A DNA stretch of 64,000 nt, taken from Azolla caroliniana (lineage: Eukaryota; Plantae; Polypodiophyta). Below, piece after piece: positions 36,069 through 49,899 of the stretch; position 1 is the first letter of the stretch, and the number at the start of each line of letters is the position of its first letter. Under the pieces are notes generated by a model. It did not search any database and was not told where the DNA came from. It worked only from the letters and a program-made list of their open reading frames with translations. The stretch spans positions 7,998,001 to 8,062,000 of the forward strand of contig JBHGNT010000022.1 of assembly GCA_043228905.1 (NCBI GenBank), written 5' to 3'. The translations under genes and the position numbers were made by a program.

Positions 36069-39000
36069 TGTAAAAGAATAGCGTGCGGAAGCAAGTAGAA
36101 AACCGAACACAGAAACACAGGTTTAATGGAAAGCTTTACAGTACGTGGGAGAGACAGAGAAAGAGCAGAACAAGTTAGATCTATTACAAAACAATAATAG
36201 TTCTCTGTACATAAAACGTGCTCAACAACACTATTTATACAAGTCCTAAGAGGACTGATAGAAGTACTGTGTACTTCAATGCTCATACGAGCGTCTGGCA
36301 CTAACTATGAGACATTAAATACCTAGTACTCTAAGCTACTACTAGGCTTCCGGTTACTGTTTGATCCAGCTAACCGGCTCCCCAGCTCACCGGCTCAATT
36401 GCTCACCAGCTCGCCGATCCGTCTCACTGATCCGGCTTCATCCTTCCGGATGCCGATCCGGCTCAGGCTTATTCAGCTGATCCGCATCCGGTTGAGCTTG
36501 CCGCTCAACACTCGCCCTCAAGCTCAACTTGAGGTCGGATTGTAGTGTCAGTCTCCATGGTAGCCAGGCCTTCCACCTGGCTCCTTCAGGCGTCACTCCG
36601 CCTCAATCACACTCCTCATCCGGTCCGGTCCCGTTTGCCACGACCCTTCTGATTCTGCGAACATCGACCTCCTTGGTTAGCTTGTCTACTCAACAAGCCC
36701 AATTTAGCTCCCTCGCTGTTGTGACTTCGGCTCTTGCCGATTCACCGATTCCTTCGTGTTGGCGTCGACTTTCACTGCCTTCTCATCCTCTTGGCCTTGA
36801 ATTGATCCGGTTCTTCCGAATCCGTCTGTTGAACCGAATCGGTTGTTTACGATTCGTTCCAGCTCTTGTCCGAATTGGTCGCTCCCGATTCGTCTTCCGG
36901 TTCTACGCCCTTCACCACATCGAACCATGTCTAGGTCTTGGCGGTTCTTTCCTTCTTGACTCTGCCGCCGTTGCCGTTGGTTCCGACTAGTTCGGATGTG
37001 TCAACTTCCTTTGTTGACTCGGCTCCTTTCTTCTTCTTGTCTCTCCCCTTGTCGGTTCTTCCCTTATCGGCGCAATAGACAGTCTCTTTGCCTTTGTCCG
37101 TTCCGGTGTCTTTGCTAGTTCTCCCCCTCAAGTGTGGCATGTCGAGATGCTGAACACCAAGCATTTCAGTGAAGTGCTACAACTTGTTCGATCGAGCGGT
37201 TTGGTGAAGATGTCGGCAACTTGCCAATCCGTATGAACATACCGAAGTTCGACTTCACCACTCAGGACATGCTCATGCATGAAGTGGTAGTGCACTTCTA
37301 TTTGCTTTGTGAGAGCATGGAATATGGGGTTCTTTGCGAGTTGCATGCTGCTTATGTTGCCATAGTAGATCAGGATCGCGGTCGGCACCTCGATCGGCAG
37401 GTCTTGCAGCAGTCGCCGAAGCCAAATGGCTTCACAGGTGGCAATGGTAGCGCCCTGGTATTCAGCCTCGGTGCTCGAAAGGGCCACTATTGGATGCTTT
37501 TTGCTGCTCCATGCAACAGCTGTGCTACCAAGGGAAAACATATAGCCAGAGGTGGATCGACGATCCATTGCATCGCCGGCCCAATCGGCATCGGTGTAGG
37601 CGACTAGCTCTTCAGTTATACCATGCCGATATAACAGTCCCCGTTCCTTTGTGCCGCTCACATATCGCAAAATTCGATGCGCGCACAGAAGGTCCTCCAC
37701 GGTTGGCTTCTGAATATATTGGTTGATCACGCCAACTGGATAACTGATGTCGGGTCAGGCTTCAGACGATTTGTCGGAACCATTGCTCATCACAGGCTGG
37801 TCCGGAGTCGAGACAGAGCTTCTGGTTCTGGTCCAGGGGTGTAGAGATAGGTCGGCATTCCATCATGTCGAACTTGTATAGCATATTGAACACATAGTGT
37901 CTCTGTGAGAGCAATATGCCATCGGGGGTTCGTATCACCTCGATGCCAAGGAAATAGTGAAGGTCCCCCAGGTCCTTCATCTCAAATGCGTTCGACAAGT
38001 GGGACTTGACTCGGGTGATTTCATTGAGTCCGGCTCCGGTGATGACTAGATCATCAACATACAATAAGATGCAAACCGGACCGTCTGGACCTTGCCGGAT
38101 GAACAACGAAGAGTCAGACTTGGTGTTACCCGGACAAGTATGAATGTTTCGGTATCGGAAAGATGTTCAGAGTCGTAGTCGAAGTCAGATCGACAGTTCA
38201 GATCGATGACTCAGCAAATAGCCGAATAGGACATAGTTAGTTACAAAGTTTTGTAATTCTTGTTAAGTATAAGTAGTAGGATTTCTTGATGAGAAAAGAC
38301 CTTCAGGTTACCTATAAAAGGAACAGAAGGCATTGTAAAAATCTATCGTTGTATTTAGTAATATAAAGTTTGTTTAGAAAATCTCCGTGTACGGATTACT
38401 TCTTGTCATCTGTTAATTTCTGTCTAAGCTATATTACGTAAATCACGATCTTGGTGTCTGTATCACCGATAAGTTTACAACTAATTCGTATCTATTCGTC
38501 TAACCACAAGTTCTTGATAGAACGTTCGAAATGAACGTTCGTCTTATACTGTGTCGGCAAAAAACAGTAGGTGTACGAGGACGTTTACAACCGACTGGTG
38601 TATTCGGACCAGACGACATCCATTCGTCTTGTTCTCTGCTATGTGCAGATGTAACCGGGCGTGCCAAAATTATACTGTGTTGTTCGGTGGACACTTATTG
38701 TTTTTTGCCGACATAGTATAAGACGAACGTTCGTTTCAAATGTTCTTTCAAGAAGTTGTGGTTGGACGAATAGATACGAATTAGCTGTAAACTTATCGGT
38801 GATACAGACACCAAGATCGTGATTTACATAATATAGCTTAGATAGAAATAAACAGATGACAAGAAGTAATCTGTACACGGAGATTTCCTAAACAAACTTT
38901 ATATTACAAAATACAACGATACATTTTTACAATGCCTTTTGTTCCTTTTATAGGTAACCCGAAGGTCATTTCTCATCAAGAAATCCTACTACTTATACTT

Positions 39001-42000
39001 AACAAGAATTACAAAACTTCGTAACTAACTATGTCCTATTCGGCTATTTGCTGAGTCATCGATCCGAACTGTCGATCCGACTCTGACTCTGACTCCGAAC
39101 ATCTTTCTGATACCGACACATTCATACTTGTCTGGGTAACACTTGGAGGCCGCAAACCCCATCTTACGCAACCGGTGCATGATCTTCGCATTCCAAGGTC
39201 GGGGGGCTTGCTTCAGGCCATAAAGTGACTTCTTCAGCCGGCATACCGCCGACTTGTTCATCTTCGACAGGAAACCCGGGGGTTGGGTCATAAAGAGCTC
39301 TTCTTCAAGATCACCTTGAAGAAATGCATTCTTCATGTCCATCTGGTGAAGATGCCACCCCCTTGCCGCAACAACTACCATCACCACAGGAACCGTTGTC
39401 ATCTTCACTACCGGAGCGAAGGTGTCATCGTAGTCGATTCTGTGGTTCTACGCGTATCCCTTCACCACTAACCGGGCCTTGTACCGGTTAACCGAACCGT
39501 CGACATTGTACTTTACCTTGTATACCCACTTACATCCAATCGGTTTACAGTGTCGGGGAGGGTCAACTAGGTCCCATGTGTCGTTGGCATCAGGTGCCCG
39601 CATTTCTTACTCCATAGCGGCACGCCAATTAGTGTCCTTTGCCGCTTCTGCGTAGCTCTCCGGCTCACGCACTTCTGCCACCTTGGTCATGTACGCATAG
39701 TGATGTGCCATGTACTCATTGTACCCGTACTTCTGACGGTGTTCTTCTGATGGGAAGACCGGCGTAACTTATCGTTACCTGGTTTGAGGCCCTTCTTGGC
39801 CGGTGAGGTCTTTGTTGCCGAAGATCCACCCTCATCCTTTCCGGAGTCGGATTCGCCCCGATCTGACTCAACATTGCCATTTTCGTATTCCGGCATATTC
39901 TTCTTCCCCTTCTCTTTGCGCGTGAACCGTCTCCTCGGTTCCTTGTGCGGGGAGAGCACGGCAGAGCCTCCATTACTCGCCGGTTCGTCATCCGACTGGT
40001 CATCCTAACTGAACTGCTCATTCTGTCCACTTAACCAAAATGCGATCGGACTCTCTTCTAGAGTGCTGAGGTCTTCATCTTCTACCTGGACCGGTTCAAG
40101 CTCACTAGCCTCATCCTCCGGTATCGGGTCAGGGTCGGAAGTCGGAGCCGGTAAGGCATACCATGATGCCGTCTCATCAAACTCAACATCCCGGCTAACT
40201 CGAACCTACTTCGTCCGGGGGTTATAACACTTATACCCCTTTTGCTCATGCGAGTAATCGACCAGGATGCATTTCTCCGACTTTGCATCCAACTTCCTCC
40301 GCTTCTCATCGGGAACATGCACATATGCAATGCTACCGAATATCTGAAGGTGTCTCAAATTCGGCTTGCGCCCGAAATATAGCTCATGCGAGGACACCTT
40401 GTCACCGATCCGGTTTTGGATGTAGACGGCCTCCACCCAGTAGAAATGGGGCATGCTCTTCTCCTCCAGCATTGCCCTTGCCACGTCGACAATCGACCGG
40501 TTCTTCCTTTCGGCCACACCGTTTTGCTCCGGAGTGTATCTGCAGCTGAACTCTCTCCGAATTCTTTTTTGCTGTAGATAACTGTTGAATTGGCCGGAAA
40601 ACTATTCTTTTCCGCCATCTGACCGCATGCACTTGATCTTCCTCTCCGTTTCCCGTTCAACCTAGCTTTGCAGGTTCCGGAAACACTCGAAGACTTCGCT
40701 GTTCCACTCAATGAGGTAGATCCATGTGTTTCGGCTGTAGTCATCGATGAAGGAGACGAAATACCAACTCCCGCCAAGTCTAACGTTCTATGCCAGTCCC
40801 CATACATCCAAATGAATAAGGTCGAGCTTGTTACGACTACGGTTTCCGTCGGTGGGGAATGGAAGCCGGTTTTCCTTCCTGAGTTGGCAGGCTTCACACA
40901 CATGGGCCTTCCGGCCACTAATCTTCAACAAACCGAAAACAACTTGTTTCGGTTGCAAGTCTTGAAGCCTCCGGTAATTGACATGGCTGATCTGCTTGTG
41001 CCAGATATCAATATCCGATTCAATCTTCTGTCCTTTGGTGAACAAAGCAGTGTCGACGTCATTGGTGTCCAGGATAAACATCCTCCCGTCTCTACGCCCT
41101 TGTGCAATGATTTGGCCCTCTTCTTCGATGAAGCACTCGAGGTGCGTAAACCGCACCTGGATTCCCTGGTCGACAATCTGTCCAACTGACACCAGGTTCT
41201 TTGTGATAGTCGGAACATGTAATCTGGTCATCAACTTCCCCCTCTGTCTGACGTGGCTCAAAGGGACTTCTCCGATATGCACGATTGGGTGTGGAGTGTC
41301 GTCCCCGGTTTCGACAACTCCTAGTTGTTCCGGTTTCTCCAAGAAGGAGAACCACTGTCTCTGGCTCGTCATGTGATCTGGCACACCGGAATCAACGTAC
41401 CACGCTTCCTCCGATTTGGAAGTGGTCTTCTTCATCAAGTTAGCCTTGTGTTTCATCACCAAGGCTAGCCCTTTACTGACTTTCTTGGTTTTGGATCCTC
41501 CCGATCCTTCAGCGTAGTGCGAGTATTGCCGATTCTCTCTGCCGACCTTGCCGGATCCGGATTTGTCCAAATCGGCGTGCTTCTTCCAACACTCGCTTTC
41601 TCTATGGCCCTTTTTACCACAGTACCAACATTCCGTGTTAGCCTTTGCTTGCCGGCCTCCGGCGCTACCTTGACTCCCCCTACTTGTGGAGGGTCCGGAA
41701 CTGTTGTTGGCACATTCTTTGTGCCTTCGGTCCTGGTCTTGCCAGCCGCTTCCATTGCGAGGTGACCCGCCTCGTCCACCATGCCCACAGGGCCGATCCG
41801 CCTCCGTATACAGCATCCGGTTGTCGGTGGTTGCACTTGTTGACGCACCGGAGTGGTTCTCCTCTACAAGGAGCATTGACTGTAAGTTGAAAAATGACAG
41901 CGTATTCTCCCTTGTACATACCGCTGTTCGGAACGCTCCGAACTTTGACGCTAGGCCCCCAAGACAGATCTGCACCATCTCATCTTCCTCCACAGTGACG

Positions 42001-42934
42001 TTGATAGAGGCAAGTGAGTCACAGATCTCTTTAATTCGGGTCGTGTAATCGGCTACCGACATGTCCTTCTGTCGGACATTGCTCAACTCCTGTCGGAGTT
42101 GCAGCTTTCGGGCCGTAATGCTTGCCGCGAAAACCTTCTTCAGGTTTCCCCAAGCTTCTTTTGGCGTCTTGGCATCTCAGACATGGCTGAGCAGCTGGTC
42201 TCCGACACTGGACGCAAAGCAGTACATCACTTTGCTTGCCGCTTGTTCCCACACTGGGAAGTCCTTTTGTGCTGCATCCGGTGCTGTGTCGTTAGCTCCA
42301 TCGACATAGCTCCAGTAACCATGCCCAAGCAGGTACTGGTTCATCTTGTAAGACCAAGATGTGTAGTTGGATCTGTCGAGCTTCTCCACCGGGAGCGAGC
42401 TAGCCATTCCTCTGCCCATTTTGTTTTTCTTGTTCTTTACGAAGGTTAGGTTTTCTTCTTGAGCTAAGGTCAGCTGCAGAGGTTCTCAACCCTCACGCTC
42501 TGATACCATGTAAAAGAATAACGTACGGAAGCAAGTAGAAAACCGAACACAGAAACACAGGTTTAATGGAAAGCTTTACAGTACGCGGGAGAGACAAAGA
42601 AAGAGCATAACAAGTTAGATCTATTACAAAACAATAATAGTTCTCTGTACATAAAATGTGCTCAACAACACTATTTATACAAGTCCTAAGAGGATTGACA
42701 GAAGTATTGTGTACTTCAATGCTCATACGAGCGTCTGACACTAACTATGAGACATTAACTACCTAGTAGTCTAGGCTACTACTAGACTTCCGATTACTAT
42801 TTGATCCAGCTAACCGGCTCCCCAGCTCACCGGCTCGCCGATCCATTTCACCGATCCGGCTTCATCCTTCCGGATGCCGATCCGGCTCAGGCTTATTCAG
42901 GTGATCCGGATCCGGTTGAAATTGCCGCTCAACA
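36069..42934 (-). mobile_element. Ty1/copia element B nested in the gypsy-like gag
   Basis: LTRs 36069-36510 and 42509-42934; TSD AAACT; PBS TGGTATCAGAGC; gag, CCHC, protease, integrase, RT (YVDD) and RNase H fragments. Confidence 0.93.
38124..39141. mobile_element. inverted LTR-LTR (foldback) element from the gypsy family at 4239-8867
   Basis: ~445-bp arms (38124-~38568 and ~38696-39141) in inverted orientation, both starting TGTTACCC; central PBS/gag-start fragment; TSD CTTGG at 38119-38123 and 39142-39146. Confidence 0.9.
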
Positions 42935-43372
42935 AAACTCTTTTAACACTTCCAAACATGTAAATGTTTATTAAACTCTACCGAATCCATGAAAGCTCAC
43001 CTTGTCATCCTTGACATATCGTTGAGGTTGTATTCATTCAACAATGCTCTTTCGAAAGTCGCCCATGTCTGATGCTCTCTTTGTAGTTCCTGGATTCTTT
43101 CTTGTAGCCCAATCACAGTGACTCAACTAAAGCTATTAATTTTTACTGCTTCGTCGACACCTCGTTCAAGCATTTCCTCTTTGTAAATCTTCAGAAATCT
43201 TGTTAAATTCATACCTTCTAAGATCCCTACTCGTGCGAGAATATTTTCAATGGCTTTGTCAATGCTTGCCATCATCCTTTCTCCCGCATCATTTGTTCCA
43301 TCATCGTACACATAAGCCTCATTTGCTCCTCCATTTTTCCTTGTCGCCGCCTTACGTCAGGTTCACCAAATG

Positions 43373-44550
43373 TGTCGGGGTAGTTGTGGTTCGTGCGGCG
43401 AAGTCGCAGGGACTAAGGTTAAAAGGAGTTGGCTATATATTTTATAAGGCTTGCACACAATGTTACAAAGATTAAGGATAGGAAAAAAAAAGTTAGAAGT
43501 AATGTGCGAGCGACAGATGAGCATAGATAAGAGATAAGAGACAATGTATGATTATAAACAACGAAAATGTGGAGGATCTACAATGTATCCCACTCAAGTA
43601 CAAAATCCTATTTAAGACTTTAAGGTTAACACACTAACTAGATTCTATCAAGGTAACTACTAAGTTACGTGTGTTGACTAACTAAATCTACTTGAAATTG
43701 ATATCTCAACCCGCCCCCTCAAGCTCAAGTGTGAGGCGTCCGACATCCGGTTTTGCTTTCGGCATTGTCCAGCTTCCGATGTTAGCTTCTGTTCGGCTTT
43801 CAACATCAACATTTTTGTGGCAGGTTCGGTTCCTCCCCCTCAAGCCTGTAACGAAGTCTTGTAGCACGATGTCGGGGTAGTTGTGGTTCGTGCGTCGAAG
43901 TCGCAAGGACTAAGGTTAAAAGGAGTTGGCTATATATTTTATAAGGGTTGCGCACAATGTTAGAAAGATTAAGGATAGGTAGAACAAAAGTTAGAAGTAA
44001 TGTGCGAGCGACAGATGAGCATAGATAAGAGATAAGAGACAATGTATGATTATAAACAACGAAAATGTGGAGGATCTACAATGTATCCCACTCAAGTACA
44101 AAATCCTATTTAAGACTTTAAGGTTAACACACTAACTAGATTCTATCAAGGTAACTACTAAGTTACGTGTGTTGACTAACTAAATCTACTTGAAATTGAT
44201 ATCTCAACCCGCCCCCTCAAGCTCAAGTGTGAGGCGTCCGACATCCGGTTTTGCTTTCGGCATTGTCCAGCTTCCGATGTTAGCTTCTGTTCGGCTTTCA
44301 ACATCAACATTTTTGTGGCAGGTTCGGTTCCTCCCCCTCAAGCCTGTAACGAAGTCTTGTAGCACGATGTCGGGGTAGTTGTGGTTCGTGCGTCGAAGTC
44401 GCAAGGACTAAGGCTAAAAGGAGTTGGCTATATATTTTATAAGGGTTGCGCACAATGTTAGAAAGATTAAGGATAGGTAGAACAAAAGTTAGAAGTAATG
44501 TGCGAGCGACAGATGAGCATAGATAAGAGATAAGAGATAATGTATGATTT
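43373..44550. repeat. ~498-bp chimeric tandem repeat (gypsy LTR end + copia A LTR/PPT junction)
   Basis: Units start at 43373, 43870 and 44368; each duplicates sequence seen at ~33765-34250. Confidence 0.85.
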
Positions 44551-47500
44551 AGAAAGTGAAAATGTATTATAAGAACAAGCTTTATATTACCAAAGTTAAC
44601 AAAGTTACATTGTCCATCACAAGATGCGACTTTTCTTTCGTTGAATTCTAGATTTGAAGCCTTGAATCCAACTTTAAACCACGAGCCTCTTCACCCACAA
44701 GCTAACTTATTTGTTTGATTATATTATTTTCTAACTTTCTCTTCCCTCCCCTTTTGTTTTCCTTTCCCCTCTTTTTATAAGTATTGCCATGCATATGGTA
44801 ATGTGTAGGAGCATGGCATGCATGTAATGCATGAGTTACCTGTGATGCTTGATCACCATTTGGCGCACATGCATTGCATGTGATGCATGATAGCCATCAT
44901 GCTGATTTGAGCTCCCATGTATGAAAATATATATGTGATAATTATAATGATGGATATAACCCTATAGCAAATAACCTAGCTTAGTGGTGTATGCTTTGTG
45001 CTTGATATACCAGGTTGAGTGTTCAAGTCCCTCAATTTTACTTAATACAATATTTACATTTATTCTTATATAGTGAAGCAAATTCTTGACAACATTTGTA
45101 AAAACAAATAGCCTACCCTAGTGGTATATACATTGTGATTGGTTTATAAGGTTGTGTTTGAAATATTACTGAATTCAATATTTAAGTTTATTTTTATATC
45201 GTGAAGCAAATCCTTCATGACAACGAAATGGTCGAAGGCCAAGTGTTTGCGACTCGTCATCCATGATTTCCATCCCTCTGTGGTCACGAGCGGCTTCCGT
45301 AAAGCTTTCAGGTTGTTGTTCGGCCGCCCACCTCATCGTGATGGCCTAATGATGGGCCATATAGTCATTGTACCCGAACCGAGTGACTGGGTTCTTCTCT
45401 CAAGATGAGCAGTAGAGTTTTTTGTTTGCCCATGTGAGCACCTTCTTTACTCCGGGTGTTTGCATGATGGATACACCAAAGTCACTATCTAGTGAGCGAG
45501 CCGACACATCTGAATCACTGTTGTTTGGGTGGTCGACTTCGTACTCGGCCATCTTACCTTTGCCTTTGTCCAAGTTCGTACTTGGCCGTGACATGCTTGG
45601 AATGGTTGAAGGCGTGGGTGGGCTTGAATTGTCCTTTGGTAGATGACTTGTTCGAATATCTTCCTCTGAGTTCACGTTCAACTCTTCCTCGGTCGGGTCG
45701 GGTGGAGCCGAATTGGAGTCGAATTGGGCTTATACCATGATGTTGATTCGTCGAAGGGTTATAGAACTTGTATGCCTTCTTCTCGGACGAGTATCCTACA
45801 AGGATACATTTCTCTGACTTCATGTCGGGCTTCTGTCAGTTTTCGTTCAGGATGCGTACATTCGCAATGCGTCCGAACACCTTGAGGTGCGACAGGATTG
45901 GCTTCCTTCCATCAAGGAGCTCGTATGGAGTTAGCTCATGTACTCCATTAGTGGTGCAGTGATTCATGAGATAGACAACCGTGGATGCCGCTTCGGCCCA
46001 ATAGAAGTTCGACATGTGTTTCTCATCCGTCATGGCGCATGCTACCTCGAGTATGTGCCGATTCTTCCTTTTGGCGACTCCATTTTGTTGGGGTGTGTGT
46101 CGGCATGAGAATTCTCTCCGAATGCCTTCACCTTTGATGTAGAAGATGAATTTGTCGGAGAAGTACTCCTTGCCTCCATCCAATCGTAGGCATCTAATGT
46201 GCCAATCGGTGTCTTTTTCGACTTGGCCCTTGAGCTTTTGGACGTGGGATAACACTTCGTTGTTCTTCTTCATCCAGAAGATCCACGTGTAGCGGGAGTA
46301 GTTGTCGATGAAGGTGACGTAGTATCGGCATCCACCAATTGTTGGCATTTGAGCCGGTCCCCATACATCCGAATGTATGACGTCGAGGAGGCCTTTGGTT
46401 GCGTAGATTTCCTTCGGAAGTGGGAGTCGATGTTGTTTGCCGAGTTGACATGCGTCACACACTTGGTCAACTCGTTTCGACTTGAAGGCCGGAATTCCGA
46501 TGACGACTCCCTTTAATTGCATCACTCGAACCCGTTGGAGGTTTCTGTGGCCGATTCTTTTGGGTGACAACTAGATGTTGGTCTCGGTTTTGAGACCTTT
46601 GACATACATGGCCAATTTCACCTCGTTCGAATCGAGAATGAACACTCGACCGTCTCTCTGTCCTTTAGCTATGAGTCGACCATCTTTCTCGATGAACTTG
46701 CATGCCTTGCTCCACGATTTGGCTGAGCGAGACCAAATACTTTGTTATTGTGGGCACATGCAAGACATTCTTGATGCAATTGTTTTGGTTGTCATTGTCG
46801 AATGGAACATTGCCGATGTGCCGAATGGGATGTGTGGTGTTGCCTCCCGTCTCTATGTAGCCGGGTCGATCCAGCATTCTTAGTTCATGAAACCACTTTT
46901 GGTGTGACATCATATGAGGTGAGGCGCCGGAGTCAATGAACCACATATGACATCTTCCGAGTTGGAGGTGCGTGTGGAGTCTGAGGCCGTCATAGAGTTC
47001 ACTCTATGTCTCAATACAAATAGCCCACCGTAATATTCGTATTCGGAGTTGGTTGTGTAATTTGTGAGTTGTTGGCTTGTCGAAGCTGACTCACTTCTCT
47101 TCTTTCAACACTCCTCTTCACGGTGGCCAATTTTGCCGCAAGAGTTGCAAGTAGCGGGCCACGTTTTCCAACCTTAATCGGCATGGAAGCTCCCCCTTCG
47201 AGAAGAACATTTGTCCTTTCGATGTCTTGGTCTTGGTTCAGATGTGGTTCTCTTCAACCAATAGCATTGATTGAAGGTCGATGAATGAAGGAGGGTTTTC
47301 CGTCTCCGAGATTGCCATCCTCAACGAGTCGAATCGTTGAGCGAGGCCGCCCAAGAATACTTGAGCCATCTTGTCTTCGTCGACGTTTATGTTGATGGAA
47401 CCGAGAGAGTCGCAAATGCTCTTAATCTTGGCACTGTAGTCCAACACAAACATATCTTTTTGCCGAATGTTGTTCAAGTCTTGCCGAAGTTGAAGCTTTT

Positions 47501-48747
47501 GGGCGGTCGTGTTGGCGGTGAACATCTTCTTCAAGTTCTCCCATGCCTCTTTAGGCATCTTGGCATCTCAAATGTGGTTAAGCCTGTGATCGTGTTGTCA
47601 AGTTATACACATGTTGCCAAGAAATACAATGTTGAGTAGTCAACGTTCTTTGGGTCAGGTCAATTTTCTTGTGCTTCGTTGATGTAGCTCCAATACCCTT
47701 GGCCGACTAGGTATTGGTTGATCTTGTACTCCCAAGATGAATAATTGCTCCAGTTTAGCTTTTCACTAGGGAGCAAATTGCCTATTTGTGCGTTCATGTT
47801 GATTAGTGTCTTCTCTTCTATTTCTTCTTTGGTTTTTCTTCCTTCGATCCCGTACACGTGCTACGTAGCGGCACTATGGTAGCGGATAGCCGGATTTGTC
47901 GTCGTCTTGAACACACACTCATAGAGTCGGGTGGGCTTAGTGGATTTTCTAAACCACACACTCTAATACCATGTTAATAATTAGGTAATTAAGTACGGGT
48001 TAATTAGTACCTAATTATGTGATTAAGCAGCAAAAAATTATGTGATGTGTTTGTAAGTATGTGAGAGGAAAAGAGAAAGAACACTTTTGAACAATGAGAC
48101 ACGATGGGGGATGATTAACTATATTAAAAAGCATCATCAAATACACAAATACCCACAATGAGGTATATATACATCTCATGTGCAAAGGTGCACATGTGTG
48201 AGTAGAATATAGGTACAACTGTGTAAGTCCTATATTAAATGAACATGAGAGTGAAGGAGCTACAATGTAGCCCATTCAAGTACAAACTCCTATTTAAGGC
48301 TTTAAGGTCAACACACTAACTAGATTCTATCAAGGTAACTACTAAGTTACGTGTCTTGACTAACTAACTAAATCTAGTTTAGCTTGATATCTCAACATAA
48401 TATGATTCCCATATGCAAATAAGGAGAGAGATACTAACCCAATCCTTGAATGCGATGAAGTATTCTGATAGCGTCTTATAAGAAGACGTCAACATATATA
48501 TTCTTCAGTCACTTTGTCCCGTGTCCAGCAACCAAGTTACTTCATCATAACTTCTTGAATTTTTCATGTAGACCTTATGATTGTCAAAACATATCTACAC
48601 ATTAGAACATTTGAAATCCTTGTTGTATAATACATTTTAAGAAAATAAATGTAAGGACTTGTTGAACTCTGTCACCATCTCCTCAAGGCTCAATTCTTTG
48701 GCCACGATTGTAGACAAAATTGAAATGAGAAGTTGCTCATTGTTAAT

Positions 48748-49151
48748 TGTAAAAGAATACACGGGAAGCTTAACATACACAACCAACTAACAACAGATAA
48801 AAGACACGACACAAGGAAGGTAACGAAGGTTTAATGGAAAGCTTAATCAACACAGCGTACACGAGAGAGACAGAGAACAAAACACAGTAAACTCTATTCA
48901 AAATAATACTTTAAAACTCTGTACATAGGAAGTGCTAAGAGAGCACTTTTATACAAGTCCATACGGATTGTCAAAAGTACTGGCACATACTTCAATGCTC
49001 ATCAATGATCCCCTACACTAACTCCCAAAATATATTCCTCCACGGAATATCTATCCAATGGCCTCCTGGTTTACACACCGCTACGGCCTCTCGTTGCGCA
49101 CCCAGTCTACGCACTGGTTTACACACCTAATGTTGAGCTTGTATCTCAACA
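48748..49151 (-). mobile_element. solo LTR related to the copia B LTR
   Basis: TGTAAAAGAATA...CTCAACA; TSD TTAAT; interrupts exon 2 of MTase copy 2. Confidence 0.85.
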
Positions 49152-49478
49152 TTAATCCCCTGCATCACTCGCCTGAGAGACAAATTCTTATCATCGACTG
49201 CTTCTTGAATTGTTAGATCGATCTTTTTTGCAGTCGTGGACTTCAACTCTAATTATCGGTTGACTTTAGATTTCTTTTGCCTTTGACCCTTGACTTCCTT
49301 GTTCTCCCACATTGTAAATATTTGGTCCTCTAAGTCCCAAACTTCACCATCCCTAAAGGCAAGTTGGAGCCAGGACTCATATTTGCGAATACCATCTAAC
49401 TTCAGTGCGTCATTGACCACTATCCTGACTTCATGTAAACATTGACATCATCGTGCTGGGTATAGGTTGATGCCTTGA

Positions 49479-49899
49479 TATGGCAAGACTTGAAACCATA
49501 ACCTTATGTTATATGGGTCAAGCTCTGGACCATTACATTATCTATTGTAATACATAAAATATTATTTTCATTTAAGTTTTACTATAGAAAATTATTTTAT
49601 AATCTAGATTTCTCTTGAACATTCTAGAAGCTTTAGGACTATTCCTGAGAACACTATAAAAAGAGGCACAAGGCATTATTTCGAACCAAATTGGTTCAAC
49701 GCCAGTCTTAAGCCTCATAGCTATTTTGTACTTACTCTTCACATAATATATCATCTGTTATCATCATCCTCTCTCTCTCTCTCTCTCTCGCCTTCGCTAT
49801 CTCTCTCTCGTGAGTCTTACGCAGTCCGTCCTCTTAGTACTAATAGTACTTCCCTTCTCTAGTACTAATTCTCTCTCTCTTTTAGTACTAGTCCTGACA
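49479..49899. mobile_element. solo LTR (unassigned family)
   Basis: TA(TG)...GACA ends; TSD CTTGA at 49474-49478 and 49900-49904; TATA box and (CT)n inside. Confidence 0.7.

Larger units (their letters stand above)
34069..45222 (-). mobile_element. gag-only (non-autonomous) gypsy-like LTR element nested in copia A
   Basis: LTR copies starting TGTCGGGGTAGTTG at 34069, 43373, 43870 and 44368 (full LTR to 45222); 4-bp TSD ACGA; PBS TGGTGAACCTGACGT (tRNA-Trp-like) at ~43354-43368; gag with CxxCxxxxHxxxxC; no pol. Confidence 0.75.
33469..48397 (-). mobile_element. Ty1/copia element A (RT/RNase H deleted) inserted in an intron of MTase copy 2
   Basis: LTRs 33469-~33910 and 47972-48397; TSD TAATA; PBS TGGTATTAGAG; gag-protease-integrase remnants at 45230-47860. 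Confidence 0.9.
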
